Part shown: positions 15,701-27,700 of the stretch, one piece after another
Layout of the letters: every line of letters begins with the position of its first letter
How positions within the stretch are numbered: position 1 is the first letter of the stretch
DNA from: Mytilus trossulus
Taxonomy: Eukaryota
Assembly (NCBI RefSeq): GCF_036588685.1
Contig: NC_086379.1
Coordinates: 20,708,001 to 20,772,000, forward strand
DNA length: 64,000 bases
Reading direction: 5' to 3'
The notes under the pieces: generated by a model
Database searches by the model: none
Told to the model about the DNA's origin: nothing
Seen by the model: the letters and a program-made list of their open reading frames with translations, nothing else
Program-made: the position numbers and the translations under genes

Positions 15701-18700
15701 CTAAACAGGCATAATAAATACAATAGTCAAAATATGGGTACAGCAGTAATCATCGTGTACAGTCATTGGAAGGTGTAAACTTCCCACTAACACCAAACAC
15801 TATTACACCATACACCTTGTACCATTACACCATACACGTTACACTTTTGCACCATACACCTTACACATTACACCATGCACCATTCCCCATTATATCTTCA
15901 CGATATGAAATTCAAATAATGCAAATTAATTTCAAATATTAAGATTATTATTAATGTTTATGTTTACAATTCGAAAAAATGAAATAAAAAGAACTTCGTT
16001 TTCAGCCAATGAAATGTCGTACACCATCATTCGCACCATTTCAAATCGCACGTTACACAATCACACCATTCCTTGAACACCATAACACCATTCCCCTTAC
16101 ACCATACACCATAGCACCATACACCTTACACTATTGCACCATATAAAATACACCAGAACACCATACACGTTTTATGGGGACGTTTACACCATCTAAGGGA
16201 TGTAACATTTTTAAAAGGAACAAATTAACAGAACACAAACACATCTATCATTGATTTGCGTTGTATTATGTTTAACTATATGGCAGACGTGCAGTACCTT
16301 CGAAAACAAAAGTTCCGATGAGCTTGACATGAACACGATTAAAATTACTTGAATATCCTTATTGTTTCGGAAATGTAAATAACAAACATTCGAGCCACTA
16401 TTATCACAATATTGACATAATATTAAAAGATAAATCTTCATTCAAATCTTAACACTCTAGATTTTCTCGACAGAACTTTGTTGGAAATTTTGCTAATTAC
16501 TTCTTTTCAAATTTGTATTTGATTTTGACTTCCTACTGATCTGATACTTACTTATAATTTTTTTTATCGTTGGTGACCATAGTGTATGACAAATGGTGTC
16601 AAACATAAGAAATTTGTAGTTTTAGTTTGCTTTATGTGATTTTTGATAATATAACCCTGATATTTAAATTAGGTCATTTTGATTCTTTCGGAGAAATATT
16701 GCTATTATGAAAGGAAACACAATTCAAATACATCAAAGAAACGGATAAGTATTAAGAATGTTTAGATCTAACTATTAGACTAACTTTTATTTTGAAGTTA
16801 AATAGTTAACGATACTATGTAAAAAAAGAACATTAAAATATAGTGGAGTTTATAACAGCATGTGAACAAAAATGTTCGCAATTCAAACAGCTTCTTAAAA
16901 TTGTAATTTGGAGTCGTAGGTGTTTTATATTGTATATTGCAAAATTTACATGATATCAATTGTTATTAAAATCTGCATTTGCAATACACATTTACCTAAC
17001 AATACATTTTTTTTTTGCAGATCAACTGAGTCTTGTAGTGAGTGCTGGTCAATCAAAATGGAAAGAAGCTTTTGGTTCCTGTAACGATTCAATCTACTGG
17101 CATCAGCTGTCTAATTACTGTCAGCCTGATTCATGTAATGACTTTAATTTCACAGATACAATCATAAATAAGCCGAAGTTCGGGAGGCAAGAGTATTGGA
17201 TTTATGGATACGTATTAAGATCACCTGTCATCGGAAACATGGGTAATGATTTCATGGTACTTTGTTGGTTGCATCAATACTTTTAAAGCTTCACAAAAGG
17301 ATTATAAGTCTAATATAAGTATACAGATAACATAAGGATATGAGATATGATTGTCTATGATACAACTAACTAAGGTCATAATAAAGTAAAAATAAGCGTT
17401 TTGCCCCCATTCTGATCGAAATAATTTCGTATGTATAGTTGCTATTTATACATTGTGCGTTGTAGTCACTGTGAGTATCTGTGATGAACTGAAAAATCAA
17501 CAATTTCTTGATACTATACTCCATCCGTTATACCGCCAAATATGTCTAAACCCAAAATGGCAATAATCCGTTGTACAACTTCTCTAACCAGTTTTGAATA
17601 TATTTAACTGTATGTAATGCATCGGAAATCCCAAATGTCAAACGAAAAGAGTATATTTATTAAAGTCTCTCTCTGTTAAAGATTTCGATTTAATTAACTT
17701 GTCGCAACAAATAATAGCTATAGTTGGTTTTTTTTCGTTTGCTGGTATGAAATTTTATAAATAACATCAAATAAACAAAACGCAACTTAACCCTTTAGAA
17801 GATAACAATTGCTGTCCAACACCGTATTCATTTGTAAATAAAATTAAAGTCGATTAACAAATATCCTTCTCGTCATTACTTAACAACTGTACTGATATAT
17901 AATATTGCACCGAACCGCAACTCCTTTCAAAGTCGGAAATATTTGTGATATGATGTACAAATTTTATTTTCATTTTTTTGTACTTCCTAAATTTGTCTTT
18001 GTAACAATCTTTTTTTCAACAGAAAAGGCCAATTTGTGGGAAAACTTTGGAGACCGTTACCGATCCGTGTCTGATACGCTTTCGCGCATTCTCAATTGAC
18101 GCACTGCCCGCATGATTTAACTTGATATATAAATGATATAGGATTATGGTATAGATTTAAAATTACACCATTTCAGGCCCTTTTGACACACTGTTTGACA
18201 TGTCATGTCATGATATGATTTTTCATTGTCAGAGGTTGGCAACTACAAATGTGTGTTCAAAGCCACGTTAAAAGATATGATGGTGTTCAAGTCGAATAAA
18301 TGTTAACCCACATTTAAAACATTTTGTAACAGCTTATAGGTTTTGTGGGGCGGCTAAGTACTGATGCAAATGGTTATACAATCATAGGATTTTGCATAAA
18401 CGTTCTTTATGGTGTCCTTAAGCATATCAGAGGGAAAGCCAACATTTTGTTTCACGGTAGCCATCTTGGATTTATAATTGACATAATTTTACTCAATAGT
18501 AGTGATTGAAAAAAGATTTACAACTTGTTTAACGTGATAAAGGTTATTGAAAATTAATAAAGGCAGCAGTAGTATACCGCTGTTCGAAATTCTACAACCG
18601 ATTAAGAAAAAGACAAATCCGTGTTTCAAACTCAAATTGTGGGATTTTAATAATTAAAAAAATGGTGGGTTAAACTTGGTTTTATGGCATGCCAAACCTC

Positions 18701-21700
18701 CCGCTTTTATGCCAATGTTAAATAAAAGATTAAAATGACAACATTACATGACAGGACTACAATAGAAATAAATGGGTGAACCTATAGGACAGAGAAACAC
18801 ACGAATAATAACTAAAAAAAGGTGCCAGGTTTAAATTCTAATAATGCCAGACGAACGTTTCATCCACACAAGACTAACCAGTGACGTTCTGATGAAAAAT
18901 GTTCGAACGCACAAAACAAGCAAAAGGGTACAAAGTTAAAGAGCATTGAGGACAAAAAGTTCTAAAAGGTTAGCCAAATACGGCTTGGGTTTCTGCCTGG
19001 GATGAGAACATCCTTATCATTTAGAATAATTCATACATTTGCAAACAGTATTTTGTTTATAAACTGACCAAATAATAGATAAAAATGATAAAACCGGTGA
19101 ATAACTATAAAATAAAATCTAATAAATAAATAACCTTAACCAGCATATAAAAATTCACAGCCGCGTTAGCCAAATCGATAAACGCACACATTTAAGTGAA
19201 GTCACCTTTGAATTTCTAAAAATTTCCCCAAAATATAGAATAGAATTAGGAAAGAAATCAAGATTAGGTTTGTAATGTAGATATAACATTTATTAATAAC
19301 AATGAAAATTACAATACTAAATAATATCAAATTGTGGTAGTAATAAGTTAATTAATTTATTATTTAGCTATGTCGGAATTTTTTTAAATCAAACTGTTAA
19401 CCAAATAGATCGTATATAAACTATTCAAATACAACTTAAAATTACCTGCAAATATGTAAAAGAGACAGAAATTGAAAAAATAAATTCCCACTTCCGGTTA
19501 CGGTGGTACAGAATCATGCAATCGAGTAATAGAATGGAGGTGAAGATGTGTGATGAAAAAGTCTTTTGAAAGATAGATTATTTTTTAAGATATACAGAGA
19601 GCTCGAATGATGTATTCCTTTTCAATATTGTAATTCGTTCTTACAACTACAGGAACACAATGTTGTACAGTTCAGACCAGCCCTATAACACGTGCATCTT
19701 CAAGAAAAAGTTTTCTAACATCAAAATTGTATACCTCCTGTTGCAGCAATGTCTACTAATTGTTTAAATTGGGTATCCAAAACCCATCTGTTGTCTCCTT
19801 AACAAATCCCACATCCACCCGCTTAGATATTGTTTATGTATGAATACCTGTCCACAAACATGACCAACTTGATGTGCAGCTCGTTAAATGTGCTCAAGCA
19901 GTGACGCTCTGTTAGTTGGAATAGTGCCATACTGTTTAATTCGCGTGCAAGATTTATTGATGTCAAATGTTGTTATAATATCGTACAAAATCACAACAGA
20001 AACCCTATATAAGCTTTACTGACCAAATGCAAATTTCTTTTGCAATCGTCCATACCCCTCGGTTACTTCATCAATTATTTACCATTTCTACTATGCCATG
20101 TATGCTGACTGCTTTCCTTTTTCTTTATCAAGTAATAACAGTGTCACATTCAATCAACATATTGAAAAGGCTAAAATTACTGAGTTAAGACCAGGAGATT
20201 GATCAATTTTGCGAATCAGAAGCCATCGCCATTTTTTTTCAAATGCAACCCAATGTGTTTTTACTTGTAGTGTCTTAAATAGAGATATCACCAAAACCAC
20301 AACATCAGATCTGAGCTGATTTTCAGTTTCGACTCACATCCCCGTCTAGCTGCACTTCTATATGAGAAACATAATTGTGATCGCTTCCTTGTGATTACTC
20401 GGACTACGATTAGCATGGTAGTAATAAGTTAATTAATAGAATTTGTCACAACAATGTGTTCTTGGATTCAGCACCCCTAGCTCTACGGGTTTATGCTTTT
20501 AGGCTAAAGACCATTTAATATTTAATCATGTAATATCTTCACCCGTCAACCGAACCGTATTTAACTTATACTTATTCTGTCAATTCATGATTAAATAGTC
20601 ATTGTTTTGAATGCAAGTTGTTTTAGAAAGATATCCAGGTTTTATGTTCATGAAAACATTAGGAAGTTTAGATTACGTTTTAGATTTTTGTAAACTTGAA
20701 GAGTATATTATTTTACCCTTTTTTACGCCAACATGATTCTTTCATTTGATACTGAGAAATAGAGATTATGGTAAATGAAAGGTGATTTTAGAGATATATT
20801 TAGCTTAGGTTGTGGTCTATGATGTCGACCGCAGCTGTGGTAGGTAAACACTTTGTCTTAAAATAGAAAAAGGCAAACGACATCATTCATTTAACGTTCA
20901 ATTACAGCTTCTTCCAGTTGAGTAACCACAAATATTTCAAGTATCTGATTTTAAGAGATGCACAACACCCATGTTGAATAATGTATCATTAAACTTTCTC
21001 AAAACGTTCTTATGTTGTACTGTTATACCACTGTCCCGGGTTAGGGGGAGTGTTGGGATCCCGCTGACATGTTTAACCCCGCCACATTATGTGCCAAGTC
21101 AGTACCCTGTAATTCAGTTGTTGTCGTTTGTTTACGTGTTATATATTTGTTTTTCATCCATTTTTTTTATATAAATAAGGCCATTAGTTTTCTCGTTTCA
21201 ATTGTTTTACATTGTCATATCGGGTCCTTCTATAGCTGACTATACGGTTTGGGCTTTGATCATTGTTGATGGCCGTACGGTGACCTATAGTTGTTAATGT
21301 TTGTGTCATTTTGGTCTCTTGTGGAAAGTTTTCTCATTGGCAATCATACCACATCTTCTTTTTTTATATTCATGACTTACTACGTTTATAAAATAAAGTG
21401 ATCAACAATATAACCATAGAATGATAACTCAAATATTGTGTGAGTTAAATATCCGAACACTTCTGATAATCAGGCCGAGTGATTATCCTTTTACCAGCTG
21501 TATAACAATTTTTTGTATGTGATACAACTTAATTAAAAGTTTGCTCTCATTTACCAAGATTGTTTATTCAGTATCATTTTATTTCCATGCGATATGTACA
21601 CCATGCAGGTGATCATGCACCTTCTCCTAGGTTCTGTTCACTTGCATTAACACATTCTGTCGACGATTAAAGTACGACTCCATGACTTAAATTAATTACT

Positions 21701-24700
21701 ATCATAGCACTATGATTTCAACAAATGTTAATTATTTATAAAACCGGAAGTAAGTCATCGATCTTAATTTGAACGGAAATGATGTTCTACTACAACAGCC
21801 AGACAAATAAATCTTCATTCACTTCACCTAGTACCTTTCTTATAAATTACAAGCATTATGTATGCAAAATAGACCAAACATTCGATTGTTTTAACTAAAC
21901 AACGGCATTTTGAAAATGATCGAATAGATTTTTTACTTGACTATCCCCTTACTATGATAAAATACACCTAAAGGCATGTTCTTAAAAAGTTTCATGCTTA
22001 TATCACAATTTGCATGATTTGTGTAGTAAGCATCTTAACTAGTCGTATTACATGTTTCACATATTCTATTGAAAATCTGCAATCAAAGTGAATGTAAAAA
22101 TTATGTTAAATTTCATCTAAATTTAACATTGATTGTGCACATTCTTGAGTTAAACATTGTAACATGAGATACAAATTCACTTGAATTTCACACATACCAA
22201 TATTTATTCCATTTTTTCTAATGGCAAAATTGAATAATTTCAAAGATGTCAAGCTTTGTGTCGATATTTAATTTTGAGGTAACTTCTTTTTTTTACAATA
22301 TTTAGGATTTAAAAGAGGATAGAAAAAAAACAGAGGACATTTCAACTCATACGTCGAAAACAAACAGACAACGCCATGGCTAAAACGAAAGAGACCACTA
22401 TACAAACAATGGTAAATAAAACACAACATGGAAAACTAAACACTCAGCAACACGAACCCCATCAAGACTTGGAATGTTTTCATGTGCTCCAGAATGGTAA
22501 GCAGATTCTGCTTCACATATGACATCCGACGTGTTACTCGTGTTATTACAAAAGTTTTATTAGGGAGGTCGCATTCGGGATGATGGCTTCCGTAAAACTA
22601 ACAAAGGAATGACTTCAACTTCACCACTTTGAACTCTTGGTTAAATAGCTAAAAGAGGGACGAAAGATACCAAAGGGACAGTCAAACTCATAAATCTAAA
22701 ACAAACTGACAACGCCATGGCTAAAAATGAAAAGACAAACAGAAAAACAACAGTACACATGACACGACATAGAAAACTAAAGAATAAACAACACGAACCC
22801 CACCAACAACTAGTAGTGATCTCAGGTGCTCCGGAAGGGTAAGCAGATCCTGCTCCATATGCGGCATCCGTCGTGTTGCTTAGCTAACTTGTGACCAGCA
22901 ACCCTCTCTCAAGAAAACCATAATAGGAAAAACAAGGTCTTGAATATCGTGTCAACTGGAAAATATATACTCCGTATACAGGTGCCAATTGGTTGTTGCT
23001 ACATAGAAATGGAAAGTTCACAATTGGGATGTCAAAATCTCTATTGCCATAAAGTTGTCTCTTTTCAAAAAAGTAAAATAACAAACATATTGAGCTCCGC
23101 GCAAAAAAAGTCCCTAATTAAATTGCAAAATCAAAAGCTTAAACAAACGAATAGATAACAACTGTCAAATTCCTGACTTGGGACAGGCATTTGTTTGGTA
23201 AAAAAAGTGGATTGAACCTTGTTTTATATTTAGCTAAACCTCCCAACAACAAATCATTGTAAATTTTTGAATGTGAGTCAAGATATGACTCTTAACTGTA
23301 TTTGTTGTATCTTTGATCTAAATTTCGGTGGATGTACTAGGCCTCGGTGGCCGAGTGGTCTAAGTAATTACTACTGTAATCACTTAGGCTTCCTTCACAA
23401 TACAAAATCGGCCGCCACGATAAAGCCCAAAGGCGGTGCTTACAAATTGCATTAAAACACCAAAAATAAAAATAAATCGAAGGAGGTAGATGCTTTTAAG
23501 TATTGAGCATTTCGAACAAAAGATAGAAACAAATATTTTGGTTATGGAAAGAGTAAACCTTTCTTTTTACAATTTTTTTTCCCTTGCTTTACATTGCTAA
23601 GTGAAAGCTGGCTTATAAAGTATTTAGGACTGGCTATATTTCACCTTTAATTAATACATATAGAAAGAACCTACATCTAAAGGTAATGTTTGACATACAC
23701 ATTTGATAATACGTTAGAAAACTTTTTTTTCAAAATGTCTTCTGTCATCAATAAAATATCGAATCCCATTACTCGAGTAGATACTGCAGGCATTCTAGAG
23801 AAACTTAAAATTGATAATGGAAATGGGAAATGTGACAAAAAGACAACAACCCGACCATAGAGCAGACAACAACAGAAGGTTACCAACATTATTCTATTTT
23901 TCGGTCATTTTGTTCGGTTTGTGTTGCTCAATTACCAATTTGCTGTAACATGGTATCACAAGGTGCTACATTTGTATAATGAAAAAAATCACGATATATA
24001 GAGTTTGAAAATAAGATATATGAACTACTTCCTTTATATAGAATGTTGAAATTAGAATGCAAATACTATTATTAAATTATATTATTGTAGCATGTAACAT
24101 GGAACAGTAAATAGTTATCAAAGGTACCAGGATTATAATTTAGTACGCCAGACGCGCGTTTCGTCTACATAAGACTCATCAGTGACGTTCATATCAAAAT
24201 ATTTATAAAGCCAAACAAGTAAAAAGTTGAAGAGCAAAAATGTATATACTAATCGCGCCTCGCTGATTTGTTTTCATTGACAAAAAATGGCGGATCCGGT
24301 CCACTTTGATTGTTTTCTTTGATCAATCGAGGGAATAGAAAGGCAGACAACGATGGTGATAAGGTTAAATTCTAGGCCAAAACAAGTAGGGCTTTTTATA
24401 GCTGACTATGCGGTATGGCCTTTGTTCATTGGTGATTTGTTTTCATTGACAAAAATGGCGGACCCGGTCAACTTTCGATGTTTTCTTTTATCAATCGGGG
24501 GAATAGAAAGGCAGACAACGATAGTGATAAAGGTAAATTCTAGGCCACACAAGTTGGGCCTTTTATAGCTGACTATGCGGTATGGCCTTTGTTCATTGGT
24601 GACCTATAGTTGTTTATTTCTGTGTTCTTTTGGTCTCTTGTGGAGAGTTGTCCCATTGGCAATATTAACACATCTTCTTTTTTATATATAAAACGAATAG

Positions 24701-27700
24701 TTGTGGTGAAATTGAAAAAAAATCCAAGTGAGGTATATCTCATAAATGAGGGACTCACCATCAGGCAAGGGGTAGCTTTACTGTTGAAGAAAAGATAAAA
24801 AGGGGGGAATCGTTTCAATTGGTACAATTTTTCTAAAAGAGGGTCCCATTATATTTAATGATAAAGCAGATATATACAGGAATAATATATGCTCGATATC
24901 CATATGATGAGGACATACTCTTTTGCCAAATTAAGCTTACATGTCAGTAACTGCTAGCCATCCATTGTTAATTTATGTTTATGATTGGCGTTTTCCTTAG
25001 TTTTTTCTTCATCTATTCTTACATCGGCCTCGGATATCTTTTAAACTTAGTATTAGTCTGCGTATTAATGTGTGCATGTTTATTTCACATTAATAGAGGT
25101 ATACGGTGAGGTTACAAACTCAAAAAACACGTTTAACCCCTTCATTTCCTCCATCCCCCTCCCCATCCCACCCCACCCCCGCATGTTTGCGCCGGTCCCA
25201 AACTCAGGAACCTCTAGCCTTTGTGCTGGTTTATTTTATATGTTATATAAATAAAGTGTGGAATCAATTCCGGTGAACCAGTATACATTATTGTTTAAGA
25301 CCCAGCTGAAGCCCACTATGGTTGCGGCATTATCTGTGTTGAAGACTAATTGATGGCTTTGTGCTGTCTTATATTCTTTGGTCGAGTTGTTGTCTTTTTA
25401 GGTGTCATACCACCAATTACTCCCTCAAATTTAGAACGTATGTGAAAATAGGCCTACTCGGACAAAAAATAGTGCATTTGATGTCATTGTTTTCTTAAAC
25501 TAACCAAAAAATTGGCAGAAATGAAACTTTTGTTGAAAGAACCATTTTGAGCTAAAATTTACTTGTTTATCAGTTTGCATTCAAAATTTAGGATTAATGC
25601 ACTCCATAGTATACTAATTTAAGATTTCCAGAAAACCAGGGGTTATTTTTAGTGGTACCTCTATTCGGAAGACCTTTTCTTTTTTATATGATTTTAAACA
25701 TCTGAAAATTGGCATGTAGAAAGCTGATACATGTACGATTCAGGATATACCTGGATATCTATGAAGTTAAACTTAAGGTAAAATATTTATAAATTTTGAA
25801 AATTGTAAAATTTGATTGAACAGATCGGGACTTTTTAATTGGTGGTATGACACCTTTAGCACATTGGCCGTTTCCTTTACCAATTTTATAGAAATGTTTT
25901 GAATTTGAATTCAACGATATATTTTTTTCTTCTTGTAGGATGCTTCAGTTTGAATACTAGTCTAAAGAGTGGATTTCATCGTGGAAACTTTTCGTTTGGA
26001 GACAATTCCGCCACCAAATGCTCAAGGGCCTGTCCGAATAAAACAGAATATATCTTTATGAGGGTAAGCTACCCAAATTTCAATTGAATCTCAAAATAAT
26101 ATGTTTGTGTTTATTTTTCTGTAGCGTTATGGAATTTTCCATTCGGTCCTACATGATATTTAAGTGCGTAATGCTGCAAGTCATGAATATAATCAATATA
26201 TGTGCTGGTATAGCGTATCTTATAGCGCGTCGGACGCACGACATTTGTACGTTATGTTTTCATTTTTTTCTAACTGTTTACAAAATCGATCTATTATTTG
26301 ATATAATCTTACTTTTCTTTTACATTTTCATATCTATGAATTACAAACCAACGTTTGATTTTTGTTGAGAGAATGAACTTTATCTGAACTGTTATTAGTA
26401 TGTTAATAACTTTAGATTTGGATCCTCAATGCTCTTCAATTTTGTACTTGTTTGGCTTTATAAATATTTTGATATGAGCGTCACTGATGAGTCTTCTGTA
26501 GACGAAACGCGCGTCTGGCGTACTAAATTATAATCCTGGTACCTTTGTTAACTATTTACACCACTGGGTCGATGCCACAGCTGGTGGACGTTTCGTCCCC
26601 GAGGGTAACACCAGCCAAGTAGTTAACATTTCGGTGTTGACATGAATATCAATAATGTGGTCATTTTTAAAAATTTCCTGTTTACCAAACAATGAATTTT
26701 TACGAAAAACTAAGGATTTTCTTATCCCAGGCATAGATTACCTTAGCCATATTTGGCACAACTTTTTGTAGCTTTGGATCCTCAATGCTCTTCAACTTTG
26801 TACTTGTTTGGCTTTATTAATATCTAGATATGAGCGTCACTGATGAGTCTTATGTAGACGAAACGCGCGTCTGGCGTACTAAATTGTAATCCTGGTACCT
26901 TTGATAACTATTAATTATGTGTATACGATTCATTTTAGGATAGAGAATGTCTTTGTATTCCTTTGGTCAATTTTCACCAGCATAACACATATAGTGAAGA
27001 AAATACTGGTGCTTGCAAGAATACTTGCGATGGAAATAGTAGAGACTTGTGTGGCAATGCTACGTCTACTGAAGGAAAGGAGATGTACAGTGTCTATAAA
27101 ATAGTTAGCAGTATGTAATGCATTTAAAATACTCGCAGTTACTGACAGCTAATGTAAAGCCAAAACAATTCATAAAATAATCATGCAACTTACTCTTCCG
27201 GAGCACCTGAGATCACCCCGGTTTTTAGTGGGGTTCGTGTTGCTTAGTCTTTAGTTTTCTATGGTGTGTCTTGTGTACTATTATTTGTCTGGCTGTCTTT
27301 TTATTTTTTACCCATGGTATTTTCAGTTTATTTTCAATCTATGAGTTTGACTGTCCCTTTGGTATATTTCGCCCTTTTTAAGACTAACATATCAATCAGG
27401 ACACACCCAACATCCAAACGATTTCGTTTTAAGACGTATTAAATAGTCAAAGAAAAACATGACCTTGTGTAATGTCAAGATACATGTATCGACAGATTGT
27501 AGAGCCGTGAATGTGCAACAATACTTAGTGTGATTTTAATATGCTGATAACAAAAATTAATACCTATACTTAAAAAAACTAGAGGTTCTAAAGATCCTGT
27601 GTTGCTCGCCTGTATTTACTGATGCTTTGGACATCATGTAAAATGCGATTAAAATCATAATTTATAGTATACGATATCATTAGATACTATAATAATATCT

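Larger units (their letters stand above)
5971..16770 (+). repeat. Tandem segmental duplication in intron 1: copy 1 about 5971-10505, copy 2 about 11541-16770
   Basis: Long collinear matches, e.g. GGGGGTAAGTTGACAGAATTT at about 5977 and 11547 and CAACTTCCCGTATACTGTATGAAAACATG at about 7352 and 12472. Each copy has its own insertions. Confidence 0.9.
26417..26910 (+). mobile_element. Non-LTR retrozyme-like unit, family A (356-nt monomer between two hammerhead cleavage sites)
   Basis: Direct repeats of about 138 nt at 26417 and 26773, each with an intact hammerhead. No coding capacity. Confidence 0.88.

Noticed and set aside
17122-17130. QPD as galactose-binding motif
   Set aside because: It lies upstream of the WIxG strand, not in the long-loop position.
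19560-20250. Possible decayed retroelement coding sequence on the minus strand
   Set aside because: Only a faint TTFD-like motif with many stops. Not assignable without a search.
23340-23400. tRNA gene
   Set aside because: Only an A-box-like head, with no cloverleaf or B box. It is a SINE remnant.
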